DNA from: Kiritimatiellia bacterium
GTDB lineage: Bacteria > Verrucomicrobiota > Kiritimatiellia > RFP12 > UBA1067
Length of the DNA stretch: 60,996 nucleotides
Direction of reading: 5' to 3'
NCBI GenBank assembly: GCA_017542055.1
Contig: JAFXXW010000007.1
Location: forward strand, 1-60,996
Shown here: piece by piece, positions 48,642 through 57,063 of the stretch
Layout: every line of letters starts with the position of its first letter
Numbering within the stretch: the stretch's first letter is position 1
Translations under genes and position numbers: made by a program
Notes under the pieces: model-generated
The model's database searches: none
Seen by the model: the letters and a program-made list of their open reading frames with translations, nothing else
What the model was told of the DNA's origin: nothing

Positions 48642-49812
48642 TTCGGCACCACCCAGCTTACGGCTTTGTTTTCGTCCTTCAAAACAGCTTGCGCCACCGC
48701 CAGAATATCGTCGGCGGTCACCGCCCTCACGCCCTCGATCTGCTCCTGCGGCAGCACCAGCTTGCCGAACGACATCATGGTCGAACCGTAGAAAAAGAGC
48801 TTGTTCGTGAGCTTCTCGTGTCCCAACTTGAAATTCCCGATCAAGAATTCCTTGATGCGCTTGAGTTCGCCCGCCTTCACTTTGACCGTGCGGATCTTCT
48901 CGATTTCCCGCTCGATGGCCTTGAGCGTCCGGTCGCGCTTGGCGGCGTCCATTCCGGCCGTAACCGTCCACATGCCGCAATCGGAGAAAAACTGCACGCG
49001 CGAACCGATGTCGTAGCTGAGGCCGCGCTTTTCCCGGAGTTCCACGAACAGCCGGCTGGACATGCCCCGACCCATTATCGCGTCCAACACGGTCAAAGCG
49101 TAGCGCCGGGGATCTTTGACGCCGAACGTCCGGAAGCCCAGCGCCAGCTGCGCCTGTTGCACGTCTTTGGCCACGACTATTTCCGGAATCGTCTTTTTCA
49201 CAGCCGCCCCGCCATTTCCAGCGCTTTCGCCGCGTCGAATTTGCCCGCCACCACCAAAACCGTGTTCCCGGGCGTGTAGCGCCGCTTGATCCACCCGCGC
49301 AGATCTTCCGGCGTCATGGGCTCGAGACTCTTTTCGCCGCCCGCCACCGGCCGGCCCAGCGGATGGCCAGGAAACAGACACGCCTGCAGATTCTCCATCG
49401 CCACCGAATCCGGCTCGTCGGCGTACATCTTGATTTCTTCCAGGATCACCGCCTTCTCCTTGGCGAATTCCCTGGCGTCCAGCTTGGCGTTCTTGAACAT
49501 GTCCACCAGAATATCCATCGCCTCCGCCAGATATTCGTCGGGAATATGGGCGAAAAAGCACGTGTTCTCCTCACTCGTGTAGGCGTTGAACATTCCGCCC
49601 CGGCCCTCGATGGCCCGCGTGATGTCCAACGCGCTGCGCTTGGCCGTCCCTTTGAAGAGCATGTGCTCGATAAAATGCGATATCCCGGCCTGCGCCTTGC
49701 GCTCGTTCCGCGAACCCGAGCGCACGAACAGCCCCACCGCCACGCTCTCGGCCTCGCAAGGCGCCAGCACCACCTGAAGCCCGCTCTTCAAACGCTCACA
49801 ACGCGGCGACAT
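48638..49812 (-). pseudogene. M16-family zinc peptidase split by a frameshift near 49198-49215
   Basis: N-terminal half (ORF 49198..49812) carries the HxxEH motif HFIEHMLFKG and stops after EMAGRL. The C-terminal half continues in the adjacent frame (VKKTIPEIVV... in ORF 48638..49561). Confidence 0.7.
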
Positions 49813-50521
49813 TCATCTCCTTCAGCGTGGTCCGCCCGTCGTACAGCGCCTTGCCGCAGATGGCCGCCCGCAGGTTCTGACGCTCCAGCGCCTTAAGATT
49901 GGCGATGTCGTACGGCGACGAAACTCCGCCCGAAGCGGTTATCTGGCAATGGGGCGCGCTATCGCAGATGGTGGCCAATTGCGCGAGATTGGGTCCGCCC
50001 AGCATGCCGTCGGTGGCGGTGTCGGTGTAGATGATGGTCCTTACCCCCATCTTGTCCACCGCGGCCGCCAGATCCACCGCCCGCACCGAAGTGGTCTTCA
50101 CCCAGCCGCGCGTCTGCACGAGTCCGTTCCTGGCGTCGATCCCCACCGCGATCCGGTCGCCCCACAACTCCACCGCCTTGACGAGAAAATTGGGGTCGTC
50201 CAGCGCCGACGAACCGATGATGGCCCGCGCCGCTCCCGCCTCCAGCACGGCGTTGATGGCGTCCGGCGTGCGCAATCCCCCGCCCACCTCCACCGGACCT
50301 TCGAACGCCCGGATGATGGCTTTGATTTCTTCCAGATGGCGGGGAAACCCGTCGAACGCGCCGTCCAGATCCACCACGTGCAGTTCCCGTCCGCCTTGCT
50401 CGCGCCAGTCTCTGGCCTGCTCGGCCGGGTCGTCGCTGTAAACCGTCATGTCGTCCGCCCGGCCCTGTCGCAGGCGCACGCACTTGCCGTCTTTGAGATC
50501 GATTGCCGGCAATATTATCAT
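49796..50521 (-). CDS. hisA: 1-(5-phosphoribosyl)-5-[(5-phosphoribosylamino)methylideneamino]imidazole-4-carboxamide isomerase
   Basis: ORF 49796..50749 trimmed to MIILPAIDLKDGKCVRL. VVDLDGA and GGGLRT motifs. Confidence 0.9.
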   Translation of the reverse strand: MIILPAIDLKDGKCVRLRQGRADDMTVYSDDPAEQARDWREQGGRELHVVDLDGAFDGFPRHLEEIKAIIRAFEGPVEVGGGLRTPDAINAVLEAGAARAIIGSSALDDPNFLVKAVELWGDRIAVGIDARNGLVQTRGWVKTTSVRAVDLAAAVDKMGVRTIIYTDTATDGMLGGPNLAQLATICDSAPHCQITASGGVSSPYDIANLKALERQNLRAAICGKALYDGRTTLKEMNVAAL

Positions 50522-51102
50522 ATCATTCCTTTCGAAGACGGCACGCCCTTTTCGGACGGGTCGATTTTGACCGCGGCCCGGAGCGCGCGGGCGAACGACT
50601 TGAAGAACGCCTCGCAGATGTGATGCGCCTCGTCGCCGTAGATCTGCCGGAGATGGATGTTGGCGCGCGCCTCCACGCTGACCGCCCGGAAAAATTCCTC
50701 CAGCAGCTTCACCTCGAAATCCTTGACCATCATGTGCTTCACCGGGCACGACATGACCAGAAACGGCCGGCCGCCCAGATCGATGGACGTCTCGCAGAGC
50801 GACTCGTCCATCGGCACCGACGCGAAACCGTAGCGCACCAGACCCTTGCGGTCGCCCAGCGCCTCGTTGATGGCCCTGCCCAGCACCAATCCCACGTCCT
50901 CCACCGTGTGATGGTAATCCACCTGGATGTCGCCCTGCGCCTCTACCGTCAAATCCACGTTGGCGTGCTTCTTAAACAGCTCCAGCATGTGGTCGAAAAA
51001 CCCGATTCCCGTCCGGACGGTTCCCTCGCCCGATCCGTCCAGCTCGAGGCTCAGCTTGATCTGCGTCTCTTTGGTCGTACGCTCCTGCACCGATTTTCTC
51101 AT
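50518..51102 (-). CDS. hisB: Imidazoleglycerol-phosphate dehydratase
   Basis: ORF 50518..52440 trimmed to MRKSVQERTTKETQI. FFDHML and DYHHTVEDVG motifs. Confidence 0.9.
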   Translation of the reverse strand: MRKSVQERTTKETQIKLSLELDGSGEGTVRTGIGFFDHMLELFKKHANVDLTVEAQGDIQVDYHHTVEDVGLVLGRAINEALGDRKGLVRYGFASVPMDESLCETSIDLGGRPFLVMSCPVKHMMVKDFEVKLLEEFFRAVSVEARANIHLRQIYGDEAHHICEAFFKSFARALRAAVKIDPSEKGVPSSKGMI

Positions 51103-52520
51103 CTTGTGGTCCTCCTTCGATAATCCCTTACCTTGCCCAAAAATCTCGTATGCGCCAAAATGGGCGGAATCGTGGCCAGAAACGCCGCCACGTCGCTCAC
51201 CGGCAACGCCACCCAAATGGCGAAAGTCTTGTCCGCCAGCAGATAAGGCAAAAACCAGATGCACGGCAACAGCACCACCCCCTGGCGCAAGGTCGACAGC
51301 ACGATTGCCGTCAGCGGCCTGCCGATAGACTGGAAGTAGGTGGACGCCACCACGTTGAGCCCGATGCACCAGAGCATGCAGTTGGAAATCTGGAGATCGT
51401 GTCCGGCGAGCCTGACCATATCCGGATCGCTCACGAACAGCCGCGCCAGCCAATACGGGAAAGGCGGCACCACCTGGACGATGCACGCGCCCACGCAAAG
51501 CCACGTGGTCACGAAAAATCCGAGCTTGAACGTTCCCAGCACCCGGCGGAACTGCCGGGCCCCCCAGTTGAAACCGATGATCGGCTGCAAGCCCTGTTGC
51601 GTGCCCATGATAGGGAGTACCGTCAAGATGAGCACCGAATGGAACACACCCAGCGACGCGAACTGCGCCGTGCACTGCTCCGGGTCGGCTATCCACTTGG
51701 AAAACGCCGTCTGCATCGACACCGCGATCGTAGCCGACAAAAGCTGCTGCAGAAACGGCCCAAAGCCGATCGCCGCCGTGCGCCGCACGAACTCGCCGTA
51801 GAAGCGGATGCGCTTGAGCCGCATCGGCACTGCCGTAACCCCCCGCCAGTAATACTGGAGCGCCCACAGACACGAACACGCCATCGCGATATTGGTGGCC
51901 CAGGCCGCGCCGGCGATGCCCATTTTCAAGCCGAAGATGAAGAGCGGATCGAGAATGAGGTTGGTGCCGAAACCCACCACCATCGCCATCATCGACCGGT
52001 GCGCCGCCCCTTCCGCGCGCTGCAACGCCGAGAGTCCGAACGCCAAATGCGAAAAGAGATGCGAAAAGAGCACTATCCGCATATACGTCTTGGCGCTCGC
52101 GAAGGCCCCGGCCGTCACCTTGCCCGCGCCGCAAAGCCCCAACACCTCGTCGAGAAACACAAACACCAAAGGCGGGATAGTGACGAAAAACGCCAATTTG
52201 AACGCCACCAGCTGACCCAGAATCTTCTCGCCCGCTTCCCGGTTGCCCTCTCCCAGTTTGATGGACAGCACCGACGCGTGCCCCGCTCCCACGAACACCC
52301 CGAACGCCGCAAACAGCATCATGATCGGCATCGCAAGCGTCATGCCGGCGATCGCATCCACGCCGCAGCCCTGCCCGATGTAGATCCGGTCCACCACCGA
52401 ATAGAGCGCGTTCAGCGTCATCGCCACCAGCGCGGGCCATGAATACTTCAAAAGGAGCTTGCCGGTGTTGCCGCTCCCAAGCTCCTCCAGATTCTTGCCA
52501 GTATCCAATCGCCGGTCCAT
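51099..52520 (-). CDS. MATE-family efflux transporter
   Basis: 473 aa, 12 TMs, N-terminal LLKYSWPALVAMTLNALYSVVDRIYIG typical of MATE/NorM proteins. Confidence 0.85.
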   Translation of the reverse strand: MDRRLDTGKNLEELGSGNTGKLLLKYSWPALVAMTLNALYSVVDRIYIGQGCGVDAIAGMTLAMPIMMLFAAFGVFVGAGHASVLSIKLGEGNREAGEKILGQLVAFKLAFFVTIPPLVFVFLDEVLGLCGAGKVTAGAFASAKTYMRIVLFSHLFSHLAFGLSALQRAEGAAHRSMMAMVVGFGTNLILDPLFIFGLKMGIAGAAWATNIAMACSCLWALQYYWRGVTAVPMRLKRIRFYGEFVRRTAAIGFGPFLQQLLSATIAVSMQTAFSKWIADPEQCTAQFASLGVFHSVLILTVLPIMGTQQGLQPIIGFNWGARQFRRVLGTFKLGFFVTTWLCVGACIVQVVPPFPYWLARLFVSDPDMVRLAGHDLQISNCMLWCIGLNVVASTYFQSIGRPLTAIVLSTLRQGVVLLPCIWFLPYLLADKTFAIWVALPVSDVAAFLATIPPILAHTRFLGKVRDYRRRTTR

Positions 52521-53122
52521 CAGAATACTATCGCAACCTCCGGCAACGCCTGGCGGATTCTGGCCATTTCCTCGGCGGAAAGGCGCAAATCGCCCAATTG
52601 CAGCGAACTCAACTTGCGCCAGCCCGAAAGATCTTCCGGCAGTTTTTCGATTCGCGTGCGGTTGAAGCTGACGTTTTTGAGACTCTCCATCCGCGTCAGC
52701 CAGTCCGGAACTTCGGTTATCGGATTGCCGCTAAGTTCCAGATCGGTCAGCTTGGGCAATCCCTTGAGCGCTTCGGGCACGGAGGCGAAATTGTTGTTTT
52801 TGAGATAGATGCGCCGCAGCTCCTCGAGCCCGGTCAGGTCCGGCAACGTCTCCAACCGGTTGCCGTTGAGCCGCAGCCACTTGAGTTTGGCGCACTTGAG
52901 CACCTCGGCCGGCACTTCCCTGAACTCGTTCCGGTCCAGATTGACGTACACCACCTTAGCCGGATCGAGCGCCACGTCAAGCGTGCTGAGCCCCCGATCC
53001 TGAAGCCTTATTTCCGCTCCTTCGGGTCTCGTTTTGTACGCCGGCTCCGGCTCATTGAAGCAACCGGCCAGCGCGAGCATTCCCGCGCCAGCCAGTATTG
53101 CCTTGTATAACGCTCCGGGCAT
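52520..53122 (-). CDS. Leucine-rich-repeat lipoprotein
   Basis: ORF 52520..53851 trimmed to MPGALYK. Lipobox LALAGC. About five LRR units (LxxLxLxxNxL: LKWLRLNGNRLETLP, LRRIYLKNNNFASVP, LTDLELSGNPITEVP). Confidence 0.7.
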   Translation of the reverse strand: MPGALYKAILAGAGMLALAGCFNEPEPAYKTRPEGAEIRLQDRGLSTLDVALDPAKVVYVNLDRNEFREVPAEVLKCAKLKWLRLNGNRLETLPDLTGLEELRRIYLKNNNFASVPEALKGLPKLTDLELSGNPITEVPDWLTRMESLKNVSFNRTRIEKLPEDLSGWRKLSSLQLGDLRLSAEEMARIRQALPEVAIVF

Positions 53123-53877
53123 CAGTTTCCGGCGGCCACGATTCCGGCGAAGTCGCCGGCCTTGAGCGCCGCACCGCCAATGAGCCCGCCGTCGATATCC
53201 GGCTTGGCCAACAGCTCGGCCGCGTTGCCCGGCTTCATCGAACCGCCATACTGGATGCGAACCTTGTCCGCCGTTTCGGCGCCCACCAGCTTGGCCAGCG
53301 TCGCGCGAATGAGCGCATGGACCTCCTGCGCCTGGTCGGGCGTGGCGGTCTTGCCGGTGCCGATGGCCCACACTGGCTCGTAGGCGATGACCAGCTTGTC
53401 GCAATCTGCCGCCGTCACGCCCTTGAGACCCACGTTCATCTGGCGTTCGATCACTTCCACCAGCTTGCCGGCCTCGCGCTCCTCCAGCGTTTCGCCCACG
53501 CAGACGATGGCCGTCATGCCGGCGGCGATCACCGCACGCGCACGCTTGTTTACCGTTTCGTCCGTCTCGCCGAAATACTGCCGGCGCTCGCTGTGGCCGA
53601 TGATGACGTACTTGACGCCCGCATCCACCAGCATGGGGCAGCTGATTTCGCCCGTGAACGCGCCCTTGGCTTCCCAGTGCGCGTTCTCCGCGCCGATTCC
53701 CACCTGGGTGCCCTTGGCCGCCTCGATCGCCGCCGCCACGTCGATGGCCGGCACGCAGCAAACCACTTCCACGTTGCCGCAAGCCTTGGTGGCCTCGGCC
53801 ACTTCCTTCACGAGCGTCGCCGTCTCGCTGGGGAGCACGTTCATCTTCCAATTGCCTGCAATGATTTTCTTGCGCAT
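53122..53877 (-). CDS. tpiA: Triosephosphate isomerase
   Basis: IAGNWKMN, GHSERR and AYEPVWAIGTG motifs. Confidence 0.95.
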   Translation of the reverse strand: MRKKIIAGNWKMNVLPSETATLVKEVAEATKACGNVEVVCCVPAIDVAAAIEAAKGTQVGIGAENAHWEAKGAFTGEISCPMLVDAGVKYVIIGHSERRQYFGETDETVNKRARAVIAAGMTAIVCVGETLEEREAGKLVEVIERQMNVGLKGVTAADCDKLVIAYEPVWAIGTGKTATPDQAQEVHALIRATLAKLVGAETADKVRIQYGGSMKPGNAAELLAKPDIDGGLIGGAALKAGDFAGIVAAGN

Positions 53878-53878
53878 C

Positions 53879-54361
53879 TTAACGTTCCTTTTTGAAATTG
53901 TATTCCCGGTATTTGACGCCGCTCATCTCGAACATCTCTTTTACCGTGTCCAAGAATTCGTACTGTCCGTCGTAAACCACCTCGCCGATTCCGGAATTGA
54001 TGATCAGCTTGGCGCACGTGAGACAGGGGCTCAACGTGATGTAGATGGTCGAGCCCTGCAGGCTGGTGCCGTAAAGCGCGGCTTGGCAGATGGCGTTCTG
54101 TTCGGCGTGCACGCACAAACATTCCTCCAGCCGCGAGCCGCTCTTCACTTTGCCCGCGCAACGCGGACACCCGCCTGCAAAGCAGTTTTTCACTCCGTGC
54201 GGGGTACCGTTGTACCCCGTGGAGAGAATGTGATTGTCCCGCATCACGACCGCTCCCACGTGGCGGCGCGAGCAGTTGCTCCGCTTGGCCACCACCTGGG
54301 CGATTTCCATGAAGTAGTCGTCCCAGCCGGGACGCGGGTCGATCACGGATTTCTTAGGCAT
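53879..54361 (-). CDS. comEB: Deoxycytidylate (dCMP) deaminase, ComEB type
   Basis: HAEQNAI and PCLTCAKLI zinc-binding motifs. Confidence 0.85.
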   Translation of the reverse strand: MPKKSVIDPRPGWDDYFMEIAQVVAKRSNCSRRHVGAVVMRDNHILSTGYNGTPHGVKNCFAGGCPRCAGKVKSGSRLEECLCVHAEQNAICQAALYGTSLQGSTIYITLSPCLTCAKLIINSGIGEVVYDGQYEFLDTVKEMFEMSGVKYREYNFKKER

Positions 54362-54824
54362 CCTGGGCCGCGCCTTCGTCCAGAATGTTGATCTTGAACT
54401 TCACCGTCACGCCGTGGCCGAGGTCGATAACCGCCTCGTATTCGCCCACTTCGCGCAGCGAGTCTTCGATGCTGAGCTGTCCGCGCTCCACCTTGACGCC
54501 GCGATTGGCTTCGATGGCCGCCAGCAGGTCGGTCACGGAAACCGCGCCGTACAGCTTCTTGCCGTCGGTCGTGGGGGCCGAGACGGTCAGTTCCAGCTTG
54601 TCCAGCTTGCGGGCCGTCTCCAGCGCCTCCTTCTTGAGCTCGGCGGCCTTGGCGGCACGCTCGGCCTCCAGCTTTTTCAGCCGGCGCTTGGCGGCTTCGG
54701 TCGCTTCGGCGGCGAGTCCGCGGGGCAAAAGATAGTTGCGCGCGTAACCGGCCGCCACCTTGACGAGCTGGCCCGACTTGCCCAACTTCTTCACGTTGTC
54801 CATGAGCATTACTTCAACTTGCAT
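54354..54824 (-). CDS. rplI: 50S ribosomal protein L9
   Basis: MQVEVMLMDNVKKLGKSGQLVKVAAGYARNYLLP N-terminal domain. Confidence 0.9.
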   Translation of the reverse strand: MQVEVMLMDNVKKLGKSGQLVKVAAGYARNYLLPRGLAAEATEAAKRRLKKLEAERAAKAAELKKEALETARKLDKLELTVSAPTTDGKKLYGAVSVTDLLAAIEANRGVKVERGQLSIEDSLREVGEYEAVIDLGHGVTVKFKINILDEGAAQDA

Positions 54825-54838
54825 TGCCCTCTCCTTCC

Positions 54839-55069
54839 TTAGGCCATGAGGCCCATGTTGCGGGCACGCTTCACGCCCTGGCGAATCTGCCGCTGCTGCG
54901 CGGAAGTGACTCCGGTGATGCGGGCGGGCAGGATCTTGCCGTAATCCGTGATGTAGTACTTGAGTGTCTCGATGTCGTTGACGTCGATCTGGTCCTTGGG
55001 GCCGAGCGGCGGACGCTTGCGCGCGGCGAATTCCTCGCCGGCGGAGCTATTCGATTTCTTGAACGCCAT
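54839..55069 (-). CDS. rpsR: 30S ribosomal protein S18
   Basis: 76 aa with DYGKILPARITG...QRQIRQGVKRARNMGL. Confidence 0.9.
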   Translation of the reverse strand: MAFKKSNSSAGEEFAARKRPPLGPKDQIDVNDIETLKYYITDYGKILPARITGVTSAQQRQIRQGVKRARNMGLMA

Positions 55070-55096
55070 GATTATGGTTCCTTGATTTGAGATTGA

Positions 55097-55519
55097 TTAA
55101 AACGGAATGTCGTCCGGATCGGCCTCGAGCGGGCTCGGGGCTCCGGTCTGGTCATCTTGCCGATTCTGCGGGCCGCCGTTCAGGCGATCGCCCGTAGGCA
55201 GGAATTTGATGGTGGAAGCGCGAACTTTCAGCTTGTTGTGCTTGACGCCATCCTTTTCCCAGCTGTCCATCTGCAGCCGGCCTTCCACCAGGATCGAACG
55301 ACCCTTCGAAAGATACTGCCCGCAGAGTTCCGCCAGCTTGTCCCACGCGTCCACGTCCACGAACACCGGGAATTCCTGGATGTTGCCGTTGCGGTCGCGC
55401 CGACGCTCGTTCATCGCGATGCCCAGACGCGCCACCTTCATTCCGGCAGCTCCAGTGGCCCTGATGTCGGGGTCTCGCGTGAGGTTGCCCATCAGAATCA
55501 CTTTGTTGAAAGATGCCAT
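55097..55519 (-). CDS. ssb: Single-stranded DNA-binding protein
   Basis: MASFNKVILMGNLTRDP OB-fold start and an acidic C-terminal tip DDIPF. Confidence 0.9.
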   Translation of the reverse strand: MASFNKVILMGNLTRDPDIRATGAAGMKVARLGIAMNERRRDRNGNIQEFPVFVDVDAWDKLAELCGQYLSKGRSILVEGRLQMDSWEKDGVKHNKLKVRASTIKFLPTGDRLNGGPQNRQDDQTGAPSPLEADPDDIPF

Positions 55520-55540
55520 GACGACCTTCCTTCCTTTGCC

Positions 55541-55927
55541 TTACTCGGCAGCCGGCACCGCCTGTTGCTGGGCCGCGGCCTCGCGACGGGCCTGACGGTC
55601 GGCGCGGGCCTGACGCTCGGCGGCGATCTTGGCCTCGCGGCGCTCGTCCACCGCCAGGATCTGCACGCGGAAGACTTCTTCCACCAGATGGTAGCGGTTC
55701 ACGAGTTCTTCCATCTTGGCCGGATCCAGCTCGAAGCGGACCTTGACGTAGGCGCCGGAATCGCGCTTCTTCATGGGCCGCGCGAACGCACGCTTGCCCA
55801 ACGCGTCCTGACCGATGACCACGCCGCCCAGGCGGGTCACTTCGGCGAGCGCGCGGTCCAGATTGGCCTGCAGCGTCTCGTCGCGGTTGACGCCGACGAA
55901 AATATAGAGCGCATCATACTTTTTCAT
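55541..55927 (-). CDS. rpsF: 30S ribosomal protein S6
   Basis: ORF 55541..56161 trimmed to MKKYDALYIF. Sits in the S6-SSB-S18-L9 conserved order. Confidence 0.9.
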   Translation of the reverse strand: MKKYDALYIFVGVNRDETLQANLDRALAEVTRLGGVVIGQDALGKRAFARPMKKRDSGAYVKVRFELDPAKMEELVNRYHLVEEVFRVQILAVDERREAKIAAERQARADRQARREAAAQQQAVPAAE

Positions 55928-56565
55928 CACTTCTTCACCTCTTCTTCCTTGCCCTTCTTGATCACTTCGGGAGCCTTCTCGCCCTGGGCCGCGCCGGCCG
56001 GCGCGTCTTCCGGAGCCTTGACCACCGCCAGCGCCAGTTCGCCGCGCGTAACCACCGTCTGCTTGTCGCCAAGCTGCAGGTCGCGCACGAAGAGCGTCTG
56101 GTCGAGACCGAGACCCGACACGTCGATTTCGAATTTCTCCGCGATATCCTCGGGCAGGCACTCCACGTCGATCGTACGGAGCACCTGCTCCAGCACGCCG
56201 CCGCCCAGCTTCACGCCGACCGCTTCGCCCACGAGATACACCGGAACCGTCACGCGCACCTTTTCGGTCAGCGACACTTCGCTGAAGTCCACGTGAATGG
56301 GCGTACCCGCCAGCACGTCGTTCTGCATTTCGCGCATCAACGCCGGAACTTCCCGGCCGTCCATATCCAGCGTGACGAGCAGCTGCTTGCTGGCGTGTCC
56401 ACGCATGGCCATCATGAAGTCGTGCGCCGGCAGCTTGATGAGCTCCGTCCCGCCCTTCCTCATTTTCATGACGCTGCCGGGTATCATGCCCGTGCGGCGC
56501 AAACGGCGAACCGCCCCCGTACCTTGCTCGGTGCGAGGCTCCGCCTTGATCCTGATCTGATCCAT
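55927..56565 (-). CDS. rplY: 50S ribosomal protein L25 / general stress protein Ctc
   Basis: 212 aa with RRLRRTGMIPG... and HVDFSEV motifs, plus the long Ctc-type C-terminal domain. Confidence 0.85.
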   Translation of the reverse strand: MDQIRIKAEPRTEQGTGAVRRLRRTGMIPGSVMKMRKGGTELIKLPAHDFMMAMRGHASKQLLVTLDMDGREVPALMREMQNDVLAGTPIHVDFSEVSLTEKVRVTVPVYLVGEAVGVKLGGGVLEQVLRTIDVECLPEDIAEKFEIDVSGLGLDQTLFVRDLQLGDKQTVVTRGELALAVVKAPEDAPAGAAQGEKAPEVIKKGKEEEVKK

Positions 56566-56639
56566 TTCTTGCCTTTTTTGGTAATTTTCCGCCTACTCTC
56601 GCGCACCCGCGCTACCCTCTGCGGCTAAAACAGTTGTAT

Positions 56640-56669
56640 ATTATATCATATTCCCCGCCCAAAAGTCAA
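56640..56669 (-). promoter_or_regulatory. Promoter of the rplY-led 17-gene array (TTGACT-18nt-TGATATAAT)
   Basis: Reverse strand: TTGACT (56669-56664), TGATATAAT (56648-56640). A leader of about 68 nt precedes the rplY ATG (56565). Confidence 0.65.
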
Positions 56670-56806
56670 TAGGGAAAATGAAAAAACGCATTATCCCCAT
56701 TGGCAATTGGATCTATCCGCCACTAGGTGATGTACTTTTAGTGTCAATCTTCCGGTTCCAATCCCTCCCCACCACCACCCTTCTCTCCCCTGCAGTTCAA
56801 GCAAAA

Positions 56807-56950
56807 AGTGACACATTTTTATCATTAAGGTGACACCTTTTAACCTTTACGGTGACACCTTTTGACCATTTTGGTGTCACCTTTTCTATCAAACGGTGTC
56901 ACCTTTTACCACTAAATGTGTCACCTTTCACATCAAAAGGTGACACCTTA
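56807..56950. repeat. Seven GGTGWCACC(TTTT) sites at exactly 22-bp spacing (family IV)
   Basis: Core starts at 56807, 56829, 56851, 56873, 56895, 56917 and 56939. The centre base is A,A,A,T,T,T,A. The first and sixth cores are slightly degenerate. Confidence 0.9.
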
Positions 56951-56977
56951 CGCATCATCTCCCCCAGCCAGGCAATA

Positions 56978-57063
56978 CAAAGTCTCCCCGCCGACAGTTC
57001 AAAGTCTACGCGCACGCTATTGAAAGTCTACACGCAAACTCTCCCAATTCTCCGTGCAGACTA
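56978..57063. repeat. Family III repeat array, second locus (4 units)
   Basis: Units: CAAAGTCTCCCCGCCGACAGTT, CAAAGTCTACGCGCACGCTATTG, AAAGTCTACACGCAAACTCT, CCCAATTCTCCGTGCAGACTA. Same orientation and family as 32319-32535. The last unit overlaps the acyltransferase stop codon. Confidence 0.8.

Noticed and set aside
48638-49812. Two separate small M16-like genes instead of one frameshifted gene
   Set aside because: The first ORF carries only the N-terminal catalytic half. The second ORF's recognisable part begins exactly where the first stops, and its upstream portion is out-of-frame nonsense. Together they equal one normal M16 protein.
50505-50530. Promoter-like AT-rich string GGAATGATATGATAATATTG at the hisB/hisA junction
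   Set aside because: It resembles the conserved -10 region but has no acceptable -35 box. It is explained by the coding sequence (hisB end SSKGMI, hisA start MIIL).
56807-57063. CRISPR array interpretation of the phased repeats (also 29557-29685 and 32319-32535)
   Set aside because: The period is only 22-23 bp, with about 9-nt variable parts, far below CRISPR repeat-plus-spacer lengths. The repeats are degenerate, and there are no cas genes in the window.
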